A stretch of 64,000 nucleotides of DNA from Minisyncoccia bacterium (GTDB lineage: Bacteria > Patescibacteriota > Minisyncoccia > Phycocordibacterales > UBA9973), in NCBI GenBank assembly GCA_044229265.1, contig JBGATK010000006.1, positions 8,232 through 72,231 on the forward strand, read 5' to 3'. Of the stretch, positions 1 to 10,404 are shown piece by piece. Numbering within the stretch: position 1 is the stretch's first letter; every line of letters starts with the position of its first letter. The notes below the pieces were generated by a model. The model was not told where the DNA came from, made no database searches, and saw only the letters and a list, made by a program, of their open reading frames with translations. The translations under genes were made by a program, and so were the position numbers.

Positions 1-1
1 A

Positions 2-367
2 TTACAACATGGCTACGATACACTAGTTGGTGAGCGCGGAGTAAAGCTATCTGGCGGTGAAAGGCAACGTGTAGCTATAGCCCGGGCTATGCTAAAAGAT
101 GCTCCGATACTAGTGCTCGACGAAGCTACAAGTTCGCTCGATAGTATAAGTGAAAGTTATATTCAAGAAGCTTTTGTAAAGCTCATGGAAGGGCGTACTA
201 CTATTGTTATTGCTCACAGGCTTTCAACTATACAAAAAATGGATAGAATTTTAGTTTTAGATAAAGGTGAAATTATAGAACAGGGAACTCATAAGGAATT
301 GCTCGAAAAAAGAGGCCAATATGCAAAACTCTGGGAATCTCAAACTGGTGGATTTTTGCAAGATTAA
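2..367 (+). CDS. ABC transporter ATP-binding/permease protein, C-terminal part (5' end outside window)
   Basis: Frame open from base 2: [14 protein letters not shown] signature, [12 protein letters not shown] Walker B/D-loop, IAHRLST H-loop. Confidence 0.95.
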   Translation, partial: LQHGYDTLVGERGVKLSGGERQRVAIARAMLKDAPILVLDEATSSLDSISESYIQEAFVKLMEGRTTIVIAHRLSTIQKMDRILVLDKGEIIEQGTHKELLEKRGQYAKLWESQTGGFLQD

Positions 368-386
368 ATAAGCTGGCAATTTTTAT

Positions 387-415
387 TTGCATTTATTATG
401 CTACCCTGGTATAAT
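387..415 (+). promoter_or_regulatory. sigma70-type promoter for the RRM gene
   Basis: TTGCAT(387-392)-17 nt-TATAAT(410-415), with TGn extension. Confidence 0.75.
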
Positions 416-489
416 ACTCTATGTATATCTAAGTGCGTTTTTTGGTTGTGTGTAGACATGTTCTGCATAAGAAACATTGAGCGATTAGG

Positions 490-558
490 ATTATACGCTA
501 CGGGCTTTCGGCCCTAGCATTATAATTATTTGTTTGCCTGATTTTTGAAAAACAGGAG
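490..558 (+). promoter_or_regulatory. structured 5' leader with two hairpins; the second occludes the AGGAG RBS
   Basis: ATTATA-C-GCTA-C-GGGC-TTTCG-GCCC-TAGC-AT-TATAAT (490-526) and CCTG-ATTTTTGAAAAA-CAGG (537-556) overlapping AGGAG 554-558. Confidence 0.5.
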
Positions 559-567
559 AAAAGCAAA

Positions 568-870
568 ATGGCTACAAAGCTATATGTAGGGGGATTACCT
601 TACTCAACAAACGAAAATGCTCTACGTGAGTATTTCGCAGCTGCTGGAAATGTATCTTCAGCAACTATTATCATGGACAAAATGTCTGGTCGCTCAAAGG
701 GTTTCGGTTTCGTAGAAATGTCTACAGATGAAGAAGCTCAAAACGCAATCTCAATGTTTAACGACAAAGAGTTCGAAGGACGTAAGCTTACAGTCAATGA
801 AGCTCGCCCTATGGAAGCTCGCCCACCAAGAACTGGTGGAAGTTTCGGTGGTGGTCGCCGAGAATACTAA
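568..870 (+). CDS. RRM (RNP-1) RNA-binding protein with Gly-rich tail
   Basis: RNP2 LYVGGL, RNP1 KGFGFVEM, GRKLTVNEA. Confidence 0.95.
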   Translation: MATKLYVGGLPYSTNENALREYFAAAGNVSSATIIMDKMSGRSKGFGFVEMSTDEEAQNAISMFNDKEFEGRKLTVNEARPMEARPPRTGGSFGGGRREY

Positions 871-892
871 TTTTTAAAATTAGTTTCTAAAT

Positions 893-928
893 CAAAAAAT
901 CACTCTATTTATTTAGGGTGATTTTTTG
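893..928. terminator. intrinsic terminator (bidirectional type)
   Basis: CAAAAAATCACTCTA..TAGGGTGATTTTTTG inverted repeat. Confidence 0.8.
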
Positions 929-1012
929 TTTGCGTATTTTATGTTTTGGGTATATATTGAGAATAAATAACTAAGTAGGGTGTTCCTACAAGTAACTTGA
1001 AAAATAAAAATC

Positions 1013-2119
1013 ATGAAAAATATATTGAATTTTCAAACTTTACCAAAAAGAGAACAGGTAAGAAAATGCGCTGAAATTTTCGGAATTGAAGCAAAATACG
1101 CTCTTGATTATGTAGAAAAATTACCAAATTTCTCTACTTTTATACCTGAAGACATTAGACCATTTGTAAAATGGTGTGCAGTTCCTAATACTTCAGCCAA
1201 TTTAAATGCTTACGAAAAGTCAATTACTTGTTTAGTTAAAAAAAGATGTGATTCGGAATATGGGTATCGAATTGAAGCTATTAAACAGAATCAAGCATAC
1301 GTAGATATGTTAGATAAAATATCATCACATCAAGCAGGTGATATATTATTACTGCCAGTAATTATCATAAAACATGATAATGTTTTTCCAGAACAAATTC
1401 AAAATAATTTATTAGTAAATGAATTTCCTTTAGGTCTACAATCTGTAATTACAATTTGTGCGATAAATGACCTTAAAGATTTTAACTTTGCATGCTTGGG
1501 TGATAATTGCATGCATAATGGACAGAGATTAATTGATAATTACTTTGATTTATGTGATGGTTTCATTGATGATATAGACACTACTGCTTTCGTATATCAG
1601 AACAGGTATGATGATGTTCCAATTTACTCTCTTAATACTAAGGAAAAAACATTTGATCATTATATTCGCAAAGATCTACTTAAAAATATTTATTCAATTC
1701 ACGTTTTTTGCCCTTATGAAAATTGGGGCAGTGTAAATTCTTGTGAAATCTTAAATCGACCAACAAATTATTTTGAATTATTGGAACTTTATATTCAAAA
1801 ATTTCCTTTGAGTTCTGATAAAGTATGGTTCCATCATTTTAGTGATCTTGCAGAATGTGTATTTGGTAAAAATTTGAGATATCAAATGGATTTTGATGAT
1901 TTTGAAAATTGGTTTGAGAAAAATGTAAATTCGAGTGAAGTTCAAGCAGTATTTTTAAAGCATCAAAAGATTATGAAGAAATTGTCAAAAGAAGACAATG
2001 AGAGGAGAAAAGCAAGGAAATGGACAATAGAAAAAGAAATTGCTTTTCAAATGACAGCAATTAATCATCCAGAGAGATTAGTATTTGGGACACCGCAAGG
2101 TCTCTTTGATAATGATTAG
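1013..2119 (+). CDS. hypothetical protein (368 aa)
   Basis: Long ORF between two terminators; no confidently recognised motif. Confidence 0.75.
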   Translation: MKNILNFQTLPKREQVRKCAEIFGIEAKYALDYVEKLPNFSTFIPEDIRPFVKWCAVPNTSANLNAYEKSITCLVKKRCDSEYGYRIEAIKQNQAYVDMLDKISSHQAGDILLLPVIIIKHDNVFPEQIQNNLLVNEFPLGLQSVITICAINDLKDFNFACLGDNCMHNGQRLIDNYFDLCDGFIDDIDTTAFVYQNRYDDVPIYSLNTKEKTFDHYIRKDLLKNIYSIHVFCPYENWGSVNSCEILNRPTNYFELLELYIQKFPLSSDKVWFHHFSDLAECVFGKNLRYQMDFDDFENWFEKNVNSSEVQAVFLKHQKIMKKLSKEDNERRKARKWTIEKEIAFQMTAINHPERLVFGTPQGLFDND

Positions 2120-2137
2120 TTTATTTAATGACCCTAG

Positions 2138-2165
2138 AAGCACTGTTGTATTGCAGTGCTTTTTT
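2138..2165 (+). terminator. intrinsic terminator
   Basis: AAGCACTG..CAGTGCTT followed by T-run. Confidence 0.8.
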
Positions 2166-2166
2166 A

Positions 2167-2195
2167 TTGCCTAAAATACTTATTTTTGTTATATT
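2167..2195 (+). promoter_or_regulatory. promoter for the tRNA-Ile/atp transcript
   Basis: TTGCCT-17 nt-TATATT, with TGn extension. Confidence 0.6.
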
Positions 2196-2228
2196 ATTTA
2201 TAAGGGCATAGCCCTATTGTTTTTATTT

Positions 2229-2308
2229 GAGTGCCCGCCCGAACGTACCCCGCCAGAATGACATTCATGTCGGGCTGGCGTTCGGTACGGGCGGGTGTAG
2301 TTCAGTGG
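2229..2308 (+). pseudogene. relic 5' end of tRNA-Ile interrupted by a palindromic element
   Basis: GAGTG(2229-2233)+TGTAGTTCAGTGG(2296-2308) matches the tRNA start GAGCGTGTAGTTCAGTGG at 17/18. Confidence 0.75.
2234..2295. repeat. nested GC-rich palindromic mini-element (62 bp)
   Basis: Nested stems CCCGCCC/GGGCGGG, GTACC/GGTAC, CGCCAG/CTGGCG, GACAT/ATGTC. Confidence 0.85.
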
Positions 2309-2326
2309 AATTTTAATTTAATAAAT

Positions 2327-2398
2327 GAGCGTGTAGTTCAGTGGTAGAACGCTGTCCTGATAAGACAGAGGTCGATGGTCCGATTCCATCCACGCTCA
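2327..2398 (+). tRNA. tRNA-Ile(GAT), CCA not encoded
   Basis: Acceptor GAGCGTG/CACGCTC, anticodon arm CTGTC-CTGATAA-GACAG, T arm GATGG-TCCGATT-CCATC. Confidence 0.93.
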
Positions 2399-2399
2399 C

Positions 2400-2681
2400 A
2401 TGGATTTAAATAAAGAAAATCCGAATACAAATATATATAAACCAGTGCTTATTTTTTACGGCAAAGCTACTGGTTGGATTTGTGGATCAGCAATTATTGC
2501 AGTTTTTATCGGAAAATATTTAGACAAGATTGCGGGTAAAAATTTTTATACTATTATTTGTATAATTTTAGGTTTTATTTTATCGATATACGGTATTTAC
2601 AGAGAGATAAATATATATAAAAAGAATTTGGAAAAACAGGAAAATTTAAAACAAGAAAAGATTCAAAATGTCAATAAATAA
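2400..2681 (+). CDS. AtpZ/AtpI-type ATP synthase accessory membrane protein
   Basis: Two TM helices with GKYLDK motif; first gene of the atp operon. Confidence 0.75.
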   Translation: MDLNKENPNTNIYKPVLIFYGKATGWICGSAIIAVFIGKYLDKIAGKNFYTIICIILGFILSIYGIYREINIYKKNLEKQENLKQEKIQNVNK

Positions 2682-3588
2682 TTTAGAAAATATAAACGAG
2701 GAGCATGTAGAAGAAACAAGTCATGAGATCACGATATATGCTGAGCCGATTTTTCATATAGGTAAATTTGAGATCACAAATTCACTCTTAACTAGCTGGC
2801 TAGCTGTATTGGTGATATTGTTTTTTGGACTTGCTATAAGGTTAAAATTAAAAAAAGTTCCTGGTGCACTTCAAAATATTTTTGAAGTTATATTGCTCGG
2901 GGCTATGTCTCTAGTTGATCAAGTGACCAATAATAGAAAAATCACTGAGAAGATTTTTCCATTTGTATTTTGTTTATTTTTCTTTATTTTAATAAATAAT
3001 TGGATAGGCCTTTTGCCTTTTGTGCCGGCACTTGGTTTTTATGAAGTCCACGAAGGGGCAAAGACTTTTGTGCCACTTTTTAGAGCTGGTACAGCGGACC
3101 TCAATTTTACTCTGGCCTTCGCTATCCTTATGGTTATCGGCTCTAATGTGTTCGGTGTAGTTATTTTGGGCTTCTGGAAACTTATAAACAAATATGTTAA
3201 TATGAAGGCACTCGGAAGTATAATAACAGAGATAAAAAACGATAAATCAGTTTTGATTGTCGCGCCTATCAAAATCTTCGTAGGTTTCCTTGAGCTTATA
3301 GGAGAGATGGCAAAAATAGCTTCTCTTTCTTTCCGTTTATTCGGCAATGTTTTTGCCGGAGAAGTATTGCTTGCTTCTATGGCAACAATATTTATGTATG
3401 TTCTACCTGGACCATTTCTTTTCCTTGAAGTTTTCGTGGGACTGATCCAAGCATTGATTTTTTCTTTGCTGACGACAGTTTACTTTACTATAGCTTCCGA
3501 AGATCATGACAGTCATGACGAGGGGCATACAGAAAGTATGGATTTTGAAAATCACGGAAATGAGAAAAAAGATTTGGCACATGTTTAA
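2668..3588 (+). CDS. atpB: ATP synthase F0 subunit a
   Basis: SLSFRLFGNVFAGE, IQALIFSLLT. Confidence 0.97.
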   Translation: MSINNLENINEEHVEETSHEITIYAEPIFHIGKFEITNSLLTSWLAVLVILFFGLAIRLKLKKVPGALQNIFEVILLGAMSLVDQVTNNRKITEKIFPFVFCLFFFILINNWIGLLPFVPALGFYEVHEGAKTFVPLFRAGTADLNFTLAFAILMVIGSNVFGVVILGFWKLINKYVNMKALGSIITEIKNDKSVLIVAPIKIFVGFLELIGEMAKIASLSFRLFGNVFAGEVLLASMATIFMYVLPGPFLFLEVFVGLIQALIFSLLTTVYFTIASEDHDSHDEGHTESMDFENHGNEKKDLAHV

Positions 3589-3661
3589 TTTGTCAAAAAT
3601 CTCGATAGTCGTTGAATCGAGAATATTAAAAGTTTATTAATTAATTTATCCTCTTTAGTAA

Positions 3662-3919
<258 letters not shown>

Positions 3920-3933
3920 TAAAAAAATAAAAT

Positions 3934-4383
3934 ATGGAAGATTTTATAAATACATTTCATGTAGATTGGAAGATAATGCTTGCCCAAATACTAAACTTTG
4001 GTTTAGTATTTTTGGCGCTTTATGCTTTGGCAGCAAAACCTCTTCGCAAGGTTATCAAAGAACGTGGAGAAGAAATAAGTAGAGGTTTAGAAGATGCAAA
4101 AACAAATGCAGAAACTCTAAAAGCTACTAAGGAAGAATATGAAAAAGCTTTGGCTAAAGCACGAATGGAAGCAAATGCATTATTTGAAGCTGGCAAAAAA
4201 GAAGCAAATGAACAAAGAGAAAAGCTGATTTCTGGCGCTCACGCTGAAGTCGCCCAAATGATAGAGAATGGCAAGAAAACTCTCGAAGCAGAGAAAATAA
4301 AAATGGTAAATGATGCCAAGAATGAAGTAGCAAGTCTAATCATTTCTGCTACAGAAAAAATTCTACAAGAAAAGAATAAATAA
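3934..4383 (+). CDS. atpF: ATP synthase F0 subunit b
   Basis: AQILNF TM segment, KPL..ER, coiled coil. Confidence 0.95.
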   Translation: MEDFINTFHVDWKIMLAQILNFGLVFLALYALAAKPLRKVIKERGEEISRGLEDAKTNAETLKATKEEYEKALAKARMEANALFEAGKKEANEQREKLISGAHAEVAQMIENGKKTLEAEKIKMVNDAKNEVASLIISATEKILQEKNK

Positions 4384-4397
4384 AAATATAAATTAAT

Positions 4398-4802
4398 ATG
4401 TCCAAAATTTCCCCGAAAAATTTAGCGCAAAGTATTTTTGAAGCAAGCCACGGTAAGGCTGGTGCAGAGCTATCGCAAGTGCTCAAAAATTCTGCCAAGA
4501 TGCTCGCGGATAAGAGACTCCTCGGGAAATCAAAAGATATATTAAAAAATTTACAAGAAATTATAGACAAGAGTGAGGGCACAGTCAGGATGAAAGTAAT
4601 AAGTGCAAAAATTTTGTCACCAGAAGAGAAAAAAAAGCTAGAGCACGAAGTCAAAGAAAAATATAAAGCCAAAAATATAGTCAGTGAATTTTTTGAAAAA
4701 AAAGAAGTGTTGGGCGGGATGCGGGTCGAAGTCGGAGATGAAGTTCTAGACAGTACATGGAGAACAGGACTCAAGAAATTAGAAAAAGTTTTAATAAAGT
4801 AG
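4398..4802 (+). CDS. atpH: ATP synthase delta subunit (short)
   Basis: VISA..LS, VLGGMRVEVGDEVLDST; operon position. Confidence 0.9.
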   Translation: MSKISPKNLAQSIFEASHGKAGAELSQVLKNSAKMLADKRLLGKSKDILKNLQEIIDKSEGTVRMKVISAKILSPEEKKKLEHEVKEKYKAKNIVSEFFEKKEVLGGMRVEVGDEVLDSTWRTGLKKLEKVLIK

Positions 4803-4808
4803 AAAATT

Positions 4809-6308
4809 ATGACAAATAATATTGTAGAAAATTTAAGAAAAGAAATAGAAGGCTTTAAGAATGATGTTCACACAGAGAAGGTGGGCAAGGTTATTGAAGT
4901 TTTCGACGGTATTGCCAAAGTCTCTGGACTCTCTCAAATAAAGTCTTCAGAAATGGTCACATTTGCGGGAGGCGAATCAGGCGTTGCCTTAAACCTCGAA
5001 GAAGATGCGGTGGGTGTGATAATTCTTGGCGACTTTTCCAAAATCAAAGAAGGGGATGAAGTCAAAGCTACTGGCCGTATCCTTGAAATCCCAGTCTCAG
5101 CTAGCCTCCTTGGCCGTGTGGTAAACCCTCTAGGTATACCAGTTGATGGTAAGGGTTCCCTTAAAGCTGAGAAATCATACCCGATAGAGCGAGTAGCTTC
5201 TGGCGTAATGAGTCGCCAATCTGTAGACCAGCCGGTGCAAACTGGTATTAAATCTATTGATGCTCTTATACCTATCGGCCGTGGCCAGCGTGAGCTCATC
5301 ATCGGCGACCGTCAAACAGGTAAGACAGCTATCGCTATTGACGCTATTTTAAATCAAAAAGGGCAGAACATGATCTGCGTGTATGTCTCCATTGGACAAA
5401 AAGATTCCAAGCTCCGTAAACTCCAAACTCGCCTCGAGGAAGGTGGTGCTATGGAATACACAGTTATAGTCTCTGCATCTGCATCCGACTCTGCACCACT
5501 TTCATATATCGCTCCATACTCTGGCGTCTCTATTGCAGAATTTTTTATGGACCAAGGTAAAGATGTTTTAATAATTTATGATGACCTCTCAAAGCACGCT
5601 GTCGCTTACCGCGAAATCTCACTTCTACTTCGCCGTCCACCAGGCCGTGAAGCGTACCCTGGTGATGTGTTTTATTTACACTCTCGTCTACTCGAGCGTG
5701 CTTGTAGGAAGAATGAAAAATATGGCGGAGGAAGTATCACTGCACTCCCTATCATCGAGACTCAAGCTGGCGACATCTCTGCCTACATTCCGACCAACGT
5801 TATTTCTATCACCGACGGACAAATCTTCCTTGAAACTGACCTCTTTTACAAAGGCGTGCGCCCAGCGGTAAACGTAGGCTTCTCTGTGTCTCGTGTGGGA
5901 GGTTCAGCACAAATCAAAGCTATGAAAAAAGTTGCGGGTACTTTGAAGCTAGACCTCGCTCAATACCGCGAACTCGAAGCTTTCTCACAATTCGGCTCTG
6001 ACCTCGACGAGGCAACAAAGCGCCAGCTCGAGCGTGGCAAGCGCGCCGTAGAGCTCTTGAAACAACCTCAATATTCTCCAGTAGCTGTAGAGCATCAAAT
6101 AATTTCTCTTTATGCTTTAACAAAAGGCTATATGGACGAGGTGCCAGTAGAGCGTATTGGTGAATTTGAAAAGGGGCTGACAGACTACGCAGAGCGCAAT
6201 GCCAAGAAATTCCTATCTCAAGTGCGCGAAAAGAAAATGTGGGAAGATAGTGGCGAAGAGGAACTTAAAAAAGCAATCACAGACTTTAAAACAAGTTTTG
6301 TAAAATAA
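4809..6308 (+). CDS. atpA: ATP synthase F1 alpha
   Basis: [32 protein letters not shown]. Confidence 0.99.
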   Translation: MTNNIVENLRKEIEGFKNDVHTEKVGKVIEVFDGIAKVSGLSQIKSSEMVTFAGGESGVALNLEEDAVGVIILGDFSKIKEGDEVKATGRILEIPVSASLLGRVVNPLGIPVDGKGSLKAEKSYPIERVASGVMSRQSVDQPVQTGIKSIDALIPIGRGQRELIIGDRQTGKTAIAIDAILNQKGQNMICVYVSIGQKDSKLRKLQTRLEEGGAMEYTVIVSASASDSAPLSYIAPYSGVSIAEFFMDQGKDVLIIYDDLSKHAVAYREISLLLRRPPGREAYPGDVFYLHSRLLERACRKNEKYGGGSITALPIIETQAGDISAYIPTNVISITDGQIFLETDLFYKGVRPAVNVGFSVSRVGGSAQIKAMKKVAGTLKLDLAQYRELEAFSQFGSDLDEATKRQLERGKRAVELLKQPQYSPVAVEHQIISLYALTKGYMDEVPVERIGEFEKGLTDYAERNAKKFLSQVREKKMWEDSGEEELKKAITDFKTSFVK

Positions 6309-6314
6309 TTTTAA

Positions 6315-7229
6315 ATGGCAAATAGTAAAGAAATTAAAAACCGAATAAAGAGTGTGAAGAATACCAAGAAAATCACAAAAGCGATGGAGCTCGTAGCTGC
6401 CAGCAAAATGAAGCGCGCAGTTTCTTCGACTTTGGCTTCTAGACTGTATGCCGAATATTCTTGGGAAGTGCTCACTTCTATTGCAAATAGCGGGGGAGAA
6501 ATTTCGCACCCACTTTTTGACGCTCGTAAGGAAACTAAAAATATTTTATTAGTACTCATCACTTCAAACCGTGGCCTCTGCGGAGCCTATAATGCGCAGG
6601 TCATAAAGAAAGCATTAGTATATTTAAAAAATGAAAATAATAAAGTAGATATTTTAACTATAGGCAAAAAAGGGGACGGAGCGATGCGAAGAATTGGGAG
6701 GAATGTCATCGCGAGCTTCACTGAGCTAGGAGACCACATCACTCTGCGCGACATTATGCCTATTTCTAAATTGATGATAGATGAATATACTAAAGGCACT
6801 TATGACAAAGTAGTCGTGGCTTACACAGACTTCGTTTCTGCTCTTACCCAAAAGCCAAATATTAAGCAAGTTCTTCCGGTTTCTAAAAATGATTTGAAAG
6901 AAATGCTCGACTCTGTTGGCGATTCTTCCCCTCGCCTTTCAGGAGAGGGGTCAGGGGTGAGGTTAAGTGGAGTAAATTACCTCTTTGAAGGCAATATGCA
7001 GATATTGCTCGGAAGCTTGGCAGAAAAGTTGACTCGCATGCAGATTTATCAGATGATGCTAGAGAGCAATGCCAGTGAGCAATCAAGTAGAATGGTGGCG
7101 ATGAAGAATGCTAGTGAAGCCTCTGGTGAAATGATTTCCGACCTGACATTAGTATTTAACAAAGCCCGCCAAGCCTCCATTACGCAAGAAATTTCAGAAA
7201 TAAGTGCAGGTATGGTTTCAGTAAGTTAA
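6315..7229 (+). CDS. atpG: ATP synthase F1 gamma
   Basis: KITKAMELVAASK, RGLCGAYN, ARQASITQEISEI. Confidence 0.98.
   Translation: MANSKEIKNRIKSVKNTKKITKAMELVAASKMKRAVSSTLASRLYAEYSWEVLTSIANSGGEISHPLFDARKETKNILLVLITSNRGLCGAYNAQVIKKALVYLKNENNKVDILTIGKKGDGAMRRIGRNVIASFTELGDHITLRDIMPISKLMIDEYTKGTYDKVVVAYTDFVSALTQKPNIKQVLPVSKNDLKEMLDSVGDSSPRLSGEGSGVRLSGVNYLFEGNMQILLGSLAEKLTRMQIYQMMLESNASEQSSRMVAMKNASEASGEMISDLTLVFNKARQASITQEISEISAGMVSVS
6928..6962 (+). repeat. palindromic mini-element read in frame within atpG
   Basis: CCCCTCGCCT-TTC-AGGAGAGGGG hairpin plus TCAGGGGTGAGG tail; 31/35 identical to the reverse complement of 9984-10018. Confidence 0.8.
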
Positions 7230-8654
<1,425 letters not shown>

Positions 8655-8660
8655 AAATTT

Positions 8661-9107
8661 ATGTCTAAACAGTTTAAATTGAAAATCATAACACCAGAGA
8701 AATTGATCCTAGAAGATATGGTAGATCAAGTCACTTTACCTACAATGGAAGGCGAGATAACTATTTTGGCGGATCATATTCCGATAATCGCAGCTCTGAA
8801 ATCCGGTGATATCGTGGCTAGTGCTTTTGGTGAATATATTCCTATGGCTGTGTCTGGCGGATTTGTGGAAGTTAAAATTGGCGAAAATAATATGACGGAA
8901 GTCGCGGTGCTCGCAGACTTTGCTGAGCATGTGGCAGATATGACAGATGAAAAAATAGCACAAGCAAAAGCCAAGGCCGAAGAATTAAAGAAACAAATGG
9001 AAAACAAAGACCATGTGGACTTTGAGCATTTCGAATCCGAACTCGAACGCTCCCTCACCAGAGTTAAGATAGCGGATAAGTGGAAAACTAAAAAATACAG
9101 AAGATAA
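8661..9107 (+). CDS. atpC: ATP synthase F1 epsilon
   Basis: IITPE, GEITILADH, VSGGFVEV. Confidence 0.95.
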   Translation: MSKQFKLKIITPEKLILEDMVDQVTLPTMEGEITILADHIPIIAALKSGDIVASAFGEYIPMAVSGGFVEVKIGENNMTEVAVLADFAEHVADMTDEKIAQAKAKAEELKKQMENKDHVDFEHFESELERSLTRVKIADKWKTKKYRR

Positions 9108-9128
9108 AATTTCTGGTATAATTATTTT

Positions 9129-9563
9129 ATGGAAAATTTAATTATTTCTAAATTTAGAAAATGGTCTCTACCTTTTTCACGTTTCGCTATATTTTTAATA
9201 TATTTTTGGTTTGGTATTTTGAAAGTTTTAGGTTACAGCCCTGCAAACCCACTAGTAGATGCATTATTACAACAAACAATGCCGTGGATGACGTTTGCTA
9301 CTTTTATATTATTCTTCGGATGGTTTGAAGTTTTGATAGGTATTTTGTTTTTATTTCCGCGTTTTACAAGAATCTCTGTAGTATTAATTACACTTCATTT
9401 AATAACTACAATTATGCCACTTTTTTTGTTAACAGAATCTTCTTGGCAATCATTTCTAATTCCTACTCTGGAAGGGCAATACATAATTAAAAATGTTTTG
9501 ATTATTTCTGCTGTTATGGGCATTTTTGCTCATACGCATATTCTTAAAAAATATAATAAATAA
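9129..9563 (+). CDS. DoxX/DUF417-like membrane protein
   Basis: WFGILK..SPA, GWFEVLIG, EGQYIIKN. Confidence 0.75.
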   Translation: MENLIISKFRKWSLPFSRFAIFLIYFWFGILKVLGYSPANPLVDALLQQTMPWMTFATFILFFGWFEVLIGILFLFPRFTRISVVLITLHLITTIMPLFLLTESSWQSFLIPTLEGQYIIKNVLIISAVMGIFAHTHILKKYNK

Positions 9564-9605
9564 TCAAGTGTTATTATTTTTTCTATGCTAGTATATTTTT
9601 ATGAG

Positions 9606-9681
9606 TAAACCCACACACTTATTTTAAAATGATATTTACAAATGATTATTAATATAATAAAAAAATAAGTGTATGGGTAAA
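9606..9681. mobile_element. 68-bp MITE (9610-9677) with 16-bp TIRs and TAAA target-site duplication in the rsmI start
   Basis: CCCACACACTTATTTT / AAAATAAGTGTATGGG (15/16 inverted match); TAAA at 9606-9609 and 9678-9681. Confidence 0.75.
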
Positions 9682-10404
9682 TTTTTTGTAATTGCGACCC
9701 CGATAGGAAATATGGGTGACATAACATATAGGGCAATAGAGACGCTAAAAATAGTGGATTTGATACTATGTGAAGATACACGCGAAACTGGAAAACTTTT
9801 GCATAAATATGATATTAAAAAGCCGACTATGTCATACCATGCACAGAGCAAACTCGCAAAGACAGATAAGATTTTTGCATTACTTGAGGAAGGGAAAGAT
9901 CTCGCCCTTGTTTCCGACGCTGGCACTCCTGGAATATCAGACCCAGGAGCAATGCTTGTCTCTCAGATCAAAGAGAGATATAACCTCACCCCTAACCACT
10001 CTCCTGACAGGAGAGGGGTCGAGACGCAGTCCGGGGGCGAGGTGATTGTGCAAGTTATTCCAATCCCTGGTGCTTCAGCTGTTATTACTGCGCTCTCTGC
10101 ATCAGGATTGCCGACTCATGAATTTACATTTCTTGGATTTTTACCACACAAAAAGGGCAGAGAAACATTGTTTAAAGAAATAGCCGAGGCAAAGAGAACA
10201 ATGGTATTTTACGAATCACCACATAGAATTTTAAAAACTCTAGAATCATTAAATAAATTTTGCCCAGGAAAAAAAGTCTGCATAGCTCGTGAAATTACTA
10301 AAATCTATGAAGAATTTAAAATTGGTTCTGCTAACGAGCTATTAGAATATCTAACAAAAAATCCAGTAAAACAAAAAGGGGAATTCACTGTAATCGTTTC
10401 TTAA
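9673..10404 (+). CDS. rsmI: 16S rRNA C1402 2'-O-methyltransferase
   Basis: ATPIGN, CEDTR, VSDAGTPGISDPG, FYESPHR, AREITK. Confidence 0.96.
   Translation: MGKFFVIATPIGNMGDITYRAIETLKIVDLILCEDTRETGKLLHKYDIKKPTMSYHAQSKLAKTDKIFALLEEGKDLALVSDAGTPGISDPGAMLVSQIKERYNLTPNHSPDRRGVETQSGGEVIVQVIPIPGASAVITALSASGLPTHEFTFLGFLPHKKGRETLFKEIAEAKRTMVFYESPHRILKTLESLNKFCPGKKVCIAREITKIYEEFKIGSANELLEYLTKNPVKQKGEFTVIVS
9984..10042 (-). repeat. palindromic mini-element read in frame within rsmI
   Basis: CCTCACCCC..CTCTCCTGACAGGAGAGGGG..GGGGGCGAGG; adds about 20 residues before VIPIPGASA. Confidence 0.8.

Noticed and set aside
2291-2308. GCGGGTGTAGTTCAGTGG looks like a tRNA-Gly 5' end
   Set aside because: GCGGG is the right arm of the palindrome; the rest is better explained as the split tRNA-Ile relic, and no anticodon or T arm follows
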